From: an uncultured Acidimicrobiia bacterium
GTDB lineage: Bacteria > Actinomycetota > Acidimicrobiia > Spongiisociales > UBA5794
Direction: 5' to 3'
DNA length: 64,000 bases
NCBI GenBank assembly: GCA_963753185.1
Contig: CAVWBO010000007.1
Coordinates: 1,360,312-1,424,311 of the forward strand
Shown here: one piece after another, positions 22,271-31,550 of the stretch
Layout: every line of letters begins with the position of its first letter
How positions within the stretch are numbered: the stretch's first letter is position 1
The notes under the pieces: generated by a model
Database searches by the model: none
What the model was told of the DNA's origin: nothing
What the model saw: only the letters and a program-made list of their open reading frames with translations
Position numbers and translations under genes: made by a program

Positions 22271-23821
22271 TCAGAGCGGGATGTTGCCGTGTTTCTTGGG
22301 CGGAAGCGTCTCTCGCTTGTTGCGAAGCATCTCGAAGGACCTGATCAACCTCGGTCTGGTTTCGCGCGGTTCGATCACATCGTCGACGAGACCGTACTCG
22401 GCTGCGACGTACGGATTGTTGAAGCGCTCCTCGTAGTCCGAGACCAACGCCGCGCGTGTCGCATCCGGGTCTTCTGCCTCGGCGAGCGTCCTGCGATGGA
22501 TGACGTTGACCGCGCCCTGGGCGCCCATGACGGCGATTTCGGCGGATGGCCAGGCGAACACGACGTCCGCTCGCACCGCACGCGAGTTCATGACGAGGAA
22601 GGCTCCGCCGTATGCCTTCCTCAGGATGACCGTCACCCTGGGGACCGTCGCCTCAGAGAACGCATAGAGGAGCTTCGCACCGTGGCGGATGATGCCGTCG
22701 TGCTCCTGGTCGACACCGGGCAGGAACCCCGGGACGTCGACGAGGGTCACCAGGGGGATGTTGAACGCATCGCAGAATCGGACGAAGCGCGCGGCTTTGA
22801 CCGAAGCGTTGATGTCCAGGGTGCCGGCGAGCACGGCTGGCTGGTTCGCGACGATGCCCACCGTGTAGCCATCGAGGCGGCCGAGGCCCACGACGATGTT
22901 GCCCGCGTAGTGCTCGTGCACCTCATAGAACTCGCCGTCGTCGATGATGCACTCGATGACGCTGCGAACGTCATACGGCTGGTTCGCCGAGTCCGGGATG
23001 ATCGTCGTGAGATCCTCGTCCATGCGGTCGACCGCATCGATGGGGGTGAAGAACGGTGGAACCTCCATGTTGTTCGACGGCAGGAACGACAGGAGGAACC
23101 GGATCTCCTCGAGCGCCTCGCGGTCATCTGCGACGACGAAGTGGGTGACGCCGCTGATGCTGGCGTGCGCATGGGCACCGCCGAGGTCGTCCATCGAGAC
23201 CTCTTCTCCGGTGACGGTCTTGATGACGTCCGGACCGGTGATGAACAGGTGCGACGTCCCCTCCACCTGGTAGATGAAGTCCGTCAGTGCCGGGGAGTAG
23301 ACGGCTCCTCCCGCGCACGGGCCCATGATGATGGAGATCTGGGGTATCACACCCGATGCTCGGACATTCCGTTCGAAGATCCTGCCGTATCCGTTCAGGC
23401 CGAGCACACCCTCCTGGATCCTCGCTCCGCCAGAGTCCTTGAGCCCGATGATGGGGGTGCCGGTATCCATCGCGAGGTCCATCACCTTGCAGATCTTGTC
23501 AGCAACCACCTCGCCGAGGCTGCCCCCGAATCGGGTGAAGTCCTCCGCGAACACGAACACACTCCGTCCGTCGATCGTCCCCCACCCTGTCACGACGGCG
23601 TCGCCGAGAGGGCGCTTCTCACCGATTCCGAACGCCGTCTCCTGATGCCGCACGAAAGGGTCGATCTCCTGGAAGGAACCCTTGTCGAGCAGCACCTCGA
23701 CACGCTCACGTGCAGTCAGCTTGCCAGCGTCGTGTTGGCGTTCGACGGCCCTCTGGTTCTCGGGCTCGAGGGACTTGGCCCTGAGCTCGCGGAGCCGCTC
23801 GATGTTCTTCTCTGTGCTCAC
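22271..23821 (-). CDS. pccB: acyl-CoA (propionyl-CoA) carboxylase carboxyltransferase beta subunit
   Basis: GKLTARER, DSGGARIQEG, GPCAGGAVYSP, DVPGFLPG, RKAYGGA, KKHGNIPL. Confidence 0.95.
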   Translation of the reverse strand: MSTEKNIERLRELRAKSLEPENQRAVERQHDAGKLTARERVEVLLDKGSFQEIDPFVRHQETAFGIGEKRPLGDAVVTGWGTIDGRSVFVFAEDFTRFGGSLGEVVADKICKVMDLAMDTGTPIIGLKDSGGARIQEGVLGLNGYGRIFERNVRASGVIPQISIIMGPCAGGAVYSPALTDFIYQVEGTSHLFITGPDVIKTVTGEEVSMDDLGGAHAHASISGVTHFVVADDREALEEIRFLLSFLPSNNMEVPPFFTPIDAVDRMDEDLTTIIPDSANQPYDVRSVIECIIDDGEFYEVHEHYAGNIVVGLGRLDGYTVGIVANQPAVLAGTLDINASVKAARFVRFCDAFNIPLVTLVDVPGFLPGVDQEHDGIIRHGAKLLYAFSEATVPRVTVILRKAYGGAFLVMNSRAVRADVVFAWPSAEIAVMGAQGAVNVIHRRTLAEAEDPDATRAALVSDYEERFNNPYVAAEYGLVDDVIEPRETRPRLIRSFEMLRNKRETLPPKKHGNIPL

Positions 23822-23876
23822 CGGTCCTCCCGGTAGGCTCTCCGGATACGGTCACTTCGACTCGTGGGGAGACCCA

Positions 23877-24566
23877 ATGGCTACACCATACGACATCGTC
23901 AGGGTCGCGGGCGTCGGTTCGACCCAAGACGAAGCGAGACGCCTCATCGGGACCGGGATCGACACCGTACTGGTCGTCGCGGACACGCAGGTCGCCGGCC
24001 GTGGTCGACAGGGGAGGACGTGGCTCGCACCTGACCAGGGGGTCTTCGCCTCGCTCTCGTTTTCGTGCGGGTGGCCTCCCGATCGGTTCCCTCTCGTCCC
24101 GTTGTGCGCAGGTGTCGCGGCACGGGACGTGGTCGAGTCCCTCGCGGGTGTTGCGGTTGGATGCAAGTGGCCGAACGACCTCGTGGTCGACGGACGCAAG
24201 GTCGGGGGCCTCCTCGCAGAAGCCAGCGGCGACAGGATCACGATCGGCTGGGGTCTCAACCTGTGGTGGGCAGAGCCTCCTCCCTACGCAACAACACTCT
24301 TTCCAGCTCGACGGGAGGATGACCTCGCTGTGGACCTCGCGGGTGCGTGGGTCGATGCCCTCCTCGGCATGGTCGAACGGGGGCCTGACGCCTGGCCGGT
24401 CGATGCGTACCGGTCCGCGTGCGTCACCCTCGGTGCGCAGGTGCGCTGGGACGGCGGCACCGGGATCGCTGCTGATGTGGACCACCGCGGGAGGCTCGTG
24501 GTCGACGGTCCAGACGGCATCCACGTTCTCGTCTCGGGTGACGTACACCTGCTCGAGCACGGCTAG
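23877..24566 (+). CDS. birA: biotin--[acetyl-CoA carboxylase] ligase (no HTH)
   Basis: GSTQD, QVAGRGRQGRTW, KWPND, KVGGLL. Divergent from pccB. Confidence 0.92.
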   Translation: MATPYDIVRVAGVGSTQDEARRLIGTGIDTVLVVADTQVAGRGRQGRTWLAPDQGVFASLSFSCGWPPDRFPLVPLCAGVAARDVVESLAGVAVGCKWPNDLVVDGRKVGGLLAEASGDRITIGWGLNLWWAEPPPYATTLFPARREDDLAVDLAGAWVDALLGMVERGPDAWPVDAYRSACVTLGAQVRWDGGTGIAADVDHRGRLVVDGPDGIHVLVSGDVHLLEHG

Positions 24567-24598
24567 CCTGCGACGACGCGTCACCGCGGGAGACGATC

Positions 24599-25270
24599 GT
24601 GGCTGTTCAGGCCGGCGAAGGCACAGAAGACATCATCTACGGTTCGACGAGCGTTCCCGCAGGGCCACGTGTGTTCGGTGGATACCTCGCACGGCCCGAC
24701 GGCCAGTACGAGTGGCCGACCGTGCTCGTATACGGCCCCGCCGCCTCCCCGACGTCGAGCATCAAGAACATCTGTCGCGTCCTCGCACGCCATGGGATCG
24801 CCGCGATGTCGCCCGATCTCGCCGGTGGTCCGGAGCCCGATCGGAGGATCGGGAGGGCCATCGCCAACTTCATCGGCGCACCGAACGGTGACTGGTCGAA
24901 TGCCGAGTACGGGTTCGGCGTCGTCGCGTTCGGTTCGGGCGCGTCGGCTGCTGCCCGCCTCGCAGCAACCGACGCACGTGTCGTAGCGGTCGCAATCGTG
25001 GGGTCATCGCTCGACGACTCCGTCGTCGAGGACCTCGCCGTCGCTGCCACGCCTGTGCTCTTCATCGGAAGCCGCGGTGACGAAGAGGCGGACGTCGACA
25101 GCTCACTCGCACAGAGGGAGAGGATTCCGCAGGCGACGTTCGTGGTCTACGCGGACGGCGAGCACGGCTTCTGGAACGACGATGCCCCTGGCTTCAGGCC
25201 CGACCGGTTCGACGACGTCGTGGCGCGGCTGGTGGAGTTCCTGGCGTCCGAGCTCCCTGTGCGCATATGA
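24599..25270 (+). CDS. dienelactone hydrolase-like alpha/beta hydrolase (nucleophile apparently absent)
   Basis: GYLARP, LARHG..AMSPDL, PVLFIG...D, YADGEHGF. Confidence 0.7.
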   Translation: MAVQAGEGTEDIIYGSTSVPAGPRVFGGYLARPDGQYEWPTVLVYGPAASPTSSIKNICRVLARHGIAAMSPDLAGGPEPDRRIGRAIANFIGAPNGDWSNAEYGFGVVAFGSGASAAARLAATDARVVAVAIVGSSLDDSVVEDLAVAATPVLFIGSRGDEEADVDSSLAQRERIPQATFVVYADGEHGFWNDDAPGFRPDRFDDVVARLVEFLASELPVRI

Positions 25271-26214
25271 CCTCACAGCGCGCCGTTGTCACCGGAGGCG
25301 CAGGGTTCATCGGATCCAACCTCGTCGACAGGTTGGTCGACGAGGGCATCGACGTCCTGGTCATCGACGATCTCAGCTCCGGGTCGCTCGCGAACCTGAA
25401 GGATTCCCGGTCACGAGGAAACGTGACGATCCACCAGATCGACGTCACGGATGATCGGGTCGTCGGCCTCGTGCGCGACTTCCGCCCGAACTCGATCCAC
25501 CATCTCGCGGCACAGATCGATGTTCGGCTCTCCGTGAGCGATCCTGTCCGTGACGCCCGCATCAACATCCTCGGAACCCTGAACATGCTCGAGGCCGCCA
25601 GGCACTGCGATGCCGAACGTTTCGTGTTCGCCTCCTCCGGAGGTGCGACGTTCGGTGACACCTTCAACATCCCGACACCCGAGACGCAGAAGCGACGCCC
25701 GGCGTCTCCGTACGGCGTCTCCAAGTACGTCGTCGAGGAGTACTTCCGCTACTACAGCGACACCTATGGGCTCGATTACGTGTCCCTCGGGTTTGCCAAC
25801 GTCTACGGGCCGCGACAGGACCCGCACGGGGAGGCCGGAGTGGTCGCGATCTTCATCGGTGACCTCGTCGGTGGTCGACGTCCCACGATCTACGGGGACG
25901 GCAGCCAGACGAGGGACTTCGTCTACGTCGAGGATGTCACCGATGCGATGCTGCGAGCATCGAGGATCGGTGGATCGAGGTACCTCAACATCGGTACGGG
26001 CGTCGAGACGTCCATCGCCAAACTCTTCGAAGTCGTGGTGGATGCGACGGGATCCGACATCGAACCCATCATGGCGGCGGGACGTCGTGGCGAGCAGCTC
26101 CGCTCATGCCTCGACGCAACGGCCGCGAGGGCGCACCTCGGTTGGGAGGCCTGGACCCCGATGCACGAAGGGATCGCCGAGACCGTCCGTTGGTGGAGGG
26201 GTGTGGCCCGCTGA
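25267..26214 (+). CDS. NAD-dependent epimerase/dehydratase (UDP-glucose 4-epimerase-like)
   Basis: TGGAGFIG, HLAAQ, YGVSK, NVYGPRQ, QTRDFVYV. Confidence 0.93.
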   Translation: MTSQRAVVTGGAGFIGSNLVDRLVDEGIDVLVIDDLSSGSLANLKDSRSRGNVTIHQIDVTDDRVVGLVRDFRPNSIHHLAAQIDVRLSVSDPVRDARINILGTLNMLEAARHCDAERFVFASSGGATFGDTFNIPTPETQKRRPASPYGVSKYVVEEYFRYYSDTYGLDYVSLGFANVYGPRQDPHGEAGVVAIFIGDLVGGRRPTIYGDGSQTRDFVYVEDVTDAMLRASRIGGSRYLNIGTGVETSIAKLFEVVVDATGSDIEPIMAAGRRGEQLRSCLDATAARAHLGWEAWTPMHEGIAETVRWWRGVAR

Positions 26215-26232
26215 CACAGAACGCAGCAGAGG

Positions 26233-27111
26233 TCACAACTCGTCGACGTGCCTTGGCCAGTCGTCCTTGAGCAGCCTCGACATGCTCCGATCGGCGAGGA
26301 TCCTTCCGTTCGTCTGGCATCCGGGGCAGTAGTTCGTCTCTCGCTCCGATGCCACGATGCGTTGGATCGGTGCGCCGCACACCGGGCACGGTTGGCCGAA
26401 CTTCCCGTGAACGGCCATGTCCGGATGGAACGCGGTCACCTTCGTCGGGAACCCATCCCCGGTCTCCTCGATCCGAATCCTGGTCCAGCGGTCGAGCTCC
26501 GCCCTCGTTGCCTCCCACAGCCGCGCGATCTCATCGCTGGTGAGGTTCGTGTTCATCTGCGTCGGCGACAACCTGGCTGCATGCAGGATCTCATCGGCGA
26601 ACGCCCCTCCGATGCCCGAGATGTTTCGGGCGTCCGTCAGGGCGCGCTTGAGGGTGTGCCTTCCCGTGAGGAGTGCCTCGGTGAAGCGATCGAGGTCCGC
26701 CTCCGCCACCTCGATACCTCCGGGATCCACGGAAGGGAGGTCGGTCGTTGTGAGAACGGACAAGGATGCACGCCGCTTCGTTCCCGCTTCGGTAAGCACG
26801 AGGGAGCCCGACGAGAAGTCGAATGCCGCGAGGCCACCGCGACGAGATATCGGTTTGGGTTCGTCGCTCCACTGGAACCTGCCGGCGACCATCAGATGAA
26901 TGACCAGGTGGAGGTCACCGGACAGGTCGATGCTCACCCGTTTCCCGATGCGATGCACACCCTCCACGACTCGACCCCTCGCAGCGTCGACGGGAGGATC
27001 GACCGTCCTCAGGAGCGAGAACGATGCGATCCGCACATCCTCGACAGCTCGTCCGACGATGCGTGGACGCAGGGCGTGGAGGTAGGCCTCGATCTCGGGC
27101 AGCTCAGGCAT
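26233..27111 (-). CDS. Fpg/Nei family DNA glycosylase
   Basis: MPELPE, HLMVAG, H2TH GIG, Zn finger CPVC...CPGCQ. Confidence 0.93.
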   Translation of the reverse strand: MPELPEIEAYLHALRPRIVGRAVEDVRIASFSLLRTVDPPVDAARGRVVEGVHRIGKRVSIDLSGDLHLVIHLMVAGRFQWSDEPKPISRRGGLAAFDFSSGSLVLTEAGTKRRASLSVLTTTDLPSVDPGGIEVAEADLDRFTEALLTGRHTLKRALTDARNISGIGGAFADEILHAARLSPTQMNTNLTSDEIARLWEATRAELDRWTRIRIEETGDGFPTKVTAFHPDMAVHGKFGQPCPVCGAPIQRIVASERETNYCPGCQTNGRILADRSMSRLLKDDWPRHVDEL

Positions 27112-27129
27112 TGTGTCGACCGCGCCGAC

Positions 27130-27828
27130 TCATCGGAACAGATCCTCCTCGGCAGGGCGGATGAGGTCCGTCGCACGTCCATCCCCGCCGATGTGGAGGC
27201 CGCGCACGATCGCGACGGGAATGCCAGACGCCTTGCCCATGACGAGGTCGGCCGCGCCCGCCACCTCATCGACGACAGCGACCTCGGTGACGTGGAGTTC
27301 GTTCCCGTGGGTGTCGCGTGTTCCTCGTAGGTCGTCGATGGCCTTGACGCCGCTCACGCCGATTGCGACATCGACGAGGCCCCTGCGCCATGGCCGTCCG
27401 AATGTGTCCGTGATGATCACCCCGATCCTCGAGCCCGAAGCACGCTCGAGGATCATGCGCAGCCGGTGGGCGGAGCGATCCGGATCCACGGGCAGCAGGA
27501 CGGCCATGCCCTCGGCCACATTCGATCGATCGACAGCGGCGTTTGCGCAGATGAACCCGTGGCTGGTCTGTGCGATGACCAGATCGCCACGGCGCCGCAC
27601 GATGCGGACCGCCTCGGAGAGGACCAGTGTGCGGTACGCCTCCTCGTCCAGGATCTCGACGACCCTTCCTTCCTGCTTGGAGACGACCTTGTGCGTGACG
27701 ACGACGACATCATCGTGCTCGAAGTGCTCACCTCGGCGTTCGAGCGCCGCCACGATCATCCCTGCCAGATCATCGCCGGCACGGACCTCCCCGATGCCGT
27801 GAACGCCGAAGACACGCAGCTCGGTCAT
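27130..27828 (-). CDS. cofE: coenzyme F420-0:L-glutamate ligase
   Basis: THKVVSKQEGR, CANAAVDRSN, LLPVDPD, ITDTFGRPWRRG, DEVAGAADL. Confidence 0.93.
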   Translation of the reverse strand: MTELRVFGVHGIGEVRAGDDLAGMIVAALERRGEHFEHDDVVVVTHKVVSKQEGRVVEILDEEAYRTLVLSEAVRIVRRRGDLVIAQTSHGFICANAAVDRSNVAEGMAVLLPVDPDRSAHRLRMILERASGSRIGVIITDTFGRPWRRGLVDVAIGVSGVKAIDDLRGTRDTHGNELHVTEVAVVDEVAGAADLVMGKASGIPVAIVRGLHIGGDGRATDLIRPAEEDLFR

Positions 27829-28745
27829 CGCATCCACCCGAGTATCCGAGCGACGAGGGCGGCCCCACCGTCCGTTCTGTCGATGCGCGTGGGTGCTGTG
27901 ATCACGTCGACGCCGAAGGGTTCTCCCAGACCGATGTCGGATGCGTCGGACTCGTCGACGACGAGGGCGTCGATCCGGCCACGGTAGGCCTGGAGGACAC
28001 CTGCCGTGCCCGGCGGCAGGCCCACGCCGCGCATGACGGTGTCCGCTGGTCCCTTGAGGGGTAGGCCTCCGAACAGTGGGCTCACCGCGATCCTCCGCGG
28101 ATGGTTGGCGACGGCCTCGTCGATGCCGTCGACCGCCAGGATCGGCCAGATCGACAGCGGGGGATTGGATGGGGCGATGACGAGGACGTCCGCGGACTCG
28201 ATCGCCTCGACGACACCTGGTGCGGGCCGAGCACTCGCCGAACCGTGATACGCCACCGCTCGAACGGCATCCGAGTGACCCCTGTCCACGAAGTAGGACT
28301 GGAAGTCGATCCAGCTCCCGTCGGCGACCTGGACCCACGTCCGGAGTTCATCGTCGGATGCGGGGATGATGCGGACGTCGGTCAGCCCGAGTGATGCGCA
28401 GAGACGGTCCGTGACGACGGACAGCGGTGTGCCGGAACTGAGCATGATGGTGCGTGCGAGGCAGAGGCCGAAGTCGATGTCGCCGAGCGTGAACGGGGTT
28501 TCGATTCCGTGCCGTGCGAGTTCGGTCATCACGACTGCCGTGTCCCCTGCGCGACCCCAGCCATGGGGGCCGACCACTCCTGCAAGGGTGTAGAGGACCG
28601 TATCAGGGTCGGCAGACACGTGAACGCCGTATCGTTCGGTGTCGTCGCCGACGTTGACGACGACGGTCAGCGAGCCGGGATCGAGGACGCCGCGAAGGGC
28701 AAGCGCCATCTTCGCACCACCGACACCCCCCGCCAGCAGCGTCAC
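27825..28745 (-). CDS. cofD: 2-phospho-L-lactate transferase (start approximate)
   Basis: LAGGVGGAK, NVGDD, DPDTVLYTLAG, LGDID, FQSYFV, APSNP, LKGPAD. Confidence 0.93.
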   Translation of the reverse strand: MTLLAGGVGGAKMALALRGVLDPGSLTVVVNVGDDTERYGVHVSADPDTVLYTLAGVVGPHGWGRAGDTAVVMTELARHGIETPFTLGDIDFGLCLARTIMLSSGTPLSVVTDRLCASLGLTDVRIIPASDDELRTWVQVADGSWIDFQSYFVDRGHSDAVRAVAYHGSASARPAPGVVEAIESADVLVIAPSNPPLSIWPILAVDGIDEAVANHPRRIAVSPLFGGLPLKGPADTVMRGVGLPPGTAGVLQAYRGRIDALVVDESDASDIGLGEPFGVDVITAPTRIDRTDGGAALVARILGWMR

Positions 28746-28790
28746 CCGATGATTGCCGTGCGGCGGATACGACTCCAGAATGCACCTCAC

Positions 28791-31550
28791 ATGCCAATGA
28801 CCAACATCCGGCACGCCACCGTTGCTGGCGTCGTCGTCGCCGAAGGCACCGGTGGCCTCGATGCCACGATGGCGGCCATCGGCTCGCAAGTGTACGAGAT
28901 GGTCGACGTCGTGACCGTCGGTCCGGGTGTCCAAGGCGCCCTCCCCACGATCGGGGACGCGGTACGCGCCACCCCTGCGACGACCGACTACATCTGGATC
29001 GTCAGGGAAGGTGCGGTCCCCATCCCCGATTCGCTCGACGCCCTCGTTCGAGATGCCGGACGGACCGATGCTGGCATCGTCGGATCAAAGGTCGTCGGCG
29101 ACGATGGGGCACTCCTTTCCGTCGGGCTCATCACGGATGTCTTCGGGGTGCCATACACGGGCCTCGATCGGTCAGAGCGCGACCAGGGCCAGTACGACGT
29201 CGTGAGGGACGTCGCCGCTGTCGAGGCGATGTCAATGCTGATTCGGCGCGATCTGATGATCGGCCTCGACGGTCTCGACCCGACGATGTCGGCTGACCTC
29301 GCCGCAATCGATCTCGCCCAGCGCGCGCGGCTCAAGGGTGCTCGCGTGATCGTGTCCCCGGCCGCTGAGGTGTGGTTCCCGAAGTCACCACCAGCGACCC
29401 CGAGATGGCGCGATGAGGCGAGCCGGATCCGGTCATCGCTCAAGGTGTATGGATGGCTGACCCTCGCGTGGGTACTGCCCCTTGCGTTCCTGATCGGCCT
29501 CATCGAAGTCATCGTCTCGCTGTTCTTCGGCAGATGGCTGGGCTTCGATCTCGCCAGGTCGTGGGGCTGGAACATCGCAAAGCTCCCGGGGACCCTCCGC
29601 CTGAGGACGGCTGCCCGCCGCAACAGGGTCGTCGGGGACGCCGAGCTCTTCCGTTTCCAGCGAAGGGGGAGCGTCACCATCGGGAGGCTCACCTCGAGGT
29701 CGCTCGCACGCCTCAGGAGCAGACTCCCCGGGGACGACACCGTGTCGATCGAGTCGATCGGTCGTGACGTGCGCCAACCCGCTTTCATCATCGGACTCCT
29801 CGCGGCTGCCTTCGTGCTCCTCGCCGCGAGGCAGGTGTGGTCGAAGGGGCTTCCCGCGGTCGGGTATTCCCTGCCGTTCCCCGTCAATGGGTGGGACGCC
29901 GTGGCCGCATACGCCGGAGGCTGGAATCCCGCGGGATTCGGGAGTGACATCGCGATCCGTCCCCTCGTTGCGATCGCCGGCCTCGCACAGGTCGCCACAT
30001 TCGGCGTCGGAAACGTCTCGGAGTACCTCCTCGGCGCCGGTGCGATGATCCTCGGCATCTGGGGGATCACGCGTCTCCTCCGGACGTGGTCCATCGGCGC
30101 GGCACCTGCCCTCCTGGCGGGCATCGTCTATGTGGCGGGACCGACAGCGCAGGGAATCGCGGGGAACACGCACCTCGGCACGATGATCGGCCTCGGGATC
30201 CTCCCGTGGGCACTTCGCCTCTCACTGGCTCCCCTGAGAGGGGGATTCCGTCCCGCGTTGGGGCGAATCTGCGGCACCATCGTGGTCTTCGGGTTCCTCG
30301 GCGCCGCGTCGCCGCTGCTCATCCTCGCCCCCGTTCCGATGCTTGTCCTCTATGCGGTCGTGCGATTGTCCGACGGCATCGCCTGGCGAGCCGTCATCAT
30401 CGCCCTTGCTGGAACAGCCGGCGGCGGCCTCCTCCTGAGTCCCTGGATCTGGGATCACACGTTCGAGGCGATTGCGCGCGCCGGGTACGCCTATTGGAAC
30501 GTCTCATCGGTCGTTGTCGGCGCTGCGGCAGTGGTTGCGATAGCCGCCGTCGTCGGCGCAGATCGTGCGAGGGGTCTCGTTGCAGGATGGGGTGTCGTCA
30601 TTCTCGGTTCGGGCGTGTACCTGTCGCGGTCGGGGAGCATCGGCTTGGGAACAGAGGCCGAATCGGCAGGTCTTGCGATCGCCGGCCTCGGGCTCGCTGT
30701 CGCGGTCGGCATCGTGGCGGACGTGATCGGGGCGTATGACGCCACACGGTGGCGCCGCTTCGCCGCAGGCGTGGGCGGAGTCGGCGTGGTCGTCCTGCTC
30801 GTCGCCTCGTCCGTGATCCTCCTCGGCGGGCGTATCGGCCTTCCCGGCGACCGCTACAAGGACCTCTTGGCGTTCACGCTCGCGACCGAGGGTGAGGCGC
30901 AGCGGAGTCGGGTGCTCCTCGTCGGCCCGTCCCATCTCATGCCTGGTGACAGTCGCAGCTTCGAGGGAGGTTCCTACCGTGTCGTCTCACCCCCGGTTCC
31001 CGATCTCGGAGAGGCGAGGCTCGATGACCGTGGCGACCTCGATCTCTTCCTCGAGGAGCGTCTCGGGGTGATCGTATCCGGCGAGACGCGCAGGGCCGGA
31101 GGGGAGCTCGCCCCGTTCGGCATCCGGTGGATCGTGATCCTCGGTGACAGTGAGGGATCCGATGCGGACGACGAGAGCCTCGCGTGGAGACAGGTCTTCG
31201 CGGGACAACTCGACCTGCTCCCGCTCAGTGCAGGTGTGAACGAGGCTGTGTTCGTCACCGACATCGAGCCGGTGTCGCGTGCCCTGACCTCCACTGCGAC
31301 GGAGTGGTCGCGTGACGGATGGGTCTATCGCGGCGCGGCTGAACCCGGCCGGGTCTTCGTGGCGGAGAATCCGGATCCGCGATTCGGACCCGGTCCATGG
31401 ACGGAGACGGGATTCTCGAACGAGGTCGCCGCCGGAGAGGGTGTCGTCACGTACTCCGCGGATGGCTCTGAACGGTCACAGGCGATCGCGGTAGCAGTCC
31501 TCGTCGTCGCCCTCATCGGTGTCGCCGTGTGGGGGAGGCGTTCGGCGTGA
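28791..31550 (+). CDS. large membrane protein with degenerate N-terminal GT2-like domain
   Basis: ERDQGQYD..RDV.AV, DLAQRARLKGARV. Many TM helices. Upstream of DUF5719, as in the actinobacterial cofD-GT2-DUF5719 locus. Confidence 0.8.
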   Translation: MPMTNIRHATVAGVVVAEGTGGLDATMAAIGSQVYEMVDVVTVGPGVQGALPTIGDAVRATPATTDYIWIVREGAVPIPDSLDALVRDAGRTDAGIVGSKVVGDDGALLSVGLITDVFGVPYTGLDRSERDQGQYDVVRDVAAVEAMSMLIRRDLMIGLDGLDPTMSADLAAIDLAQRARLKGARVIVSPAAEVWFPKSPPATPRWRDEASRIRSSLKVYGWLTLAWVLPLAFLIGLIEVIVSLFFGRWLGFDLARSWGWNIAKLPGTLRLRTAARRNRVVGDAELFRFQRRGSVTIGRLTSRSLARLRSRLPGDDTVSIESIGRDVRQPAFIIGLLAAAFVLLAARQVWSKGLPAVGYSLPFPVNGWDAVAAYAGGWNPAGFGSDIAIRPLVAIAGLAQVATFGVGNVSEYLLGAGAMILGIWGITRLLRTWSIGAAPALLAGIVYVAGPTAQGIAGNTHLGTMIGLGILPWALRLSLAPLRGGFRPALGRICGTIVVFGFLGAASPLLILAPVPMLVLYAVVRLSDGIAWRAVIIALAGTAGGGLLLSPWIWDHTFEAIARAGYAYWNVSSVVVGAAAVVAIAAVVGADRARGLVAGWGVVILGSGVYLSRSGSIGLGTEAESAGLAIAGLGLAVAVGIVADVIGAYDATRWRRFAAGVGGVGVVVLLVASSVILLGGRIGLPGDRYKDLLAFTLATEGEAQRSRVLLVGPSHLMPGDSRSFEGGSYRVVSPPVPDLGEARLDDRGDLDLFLEERLGVIVSGETRRAGGELAPFGIRWIVILGDSEGSDADDESLAWRQVFAGQLDLLPLSAGVNEAVFVTDIEPVSRALTSTATEWSRDGWVYRGAAEPGRVFVAENPDPRFGPGPWTETGFSNEVAAGEGVVTYSADGSERSQAIAVAVLVVALIGVAVWGRRSA

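Noticed and set aside
27130-28745. F420 genes as a sign of archaeal transfer
   Set aside because: cofD/cofE are standard in Actinobacteria and sit in their usual locus.
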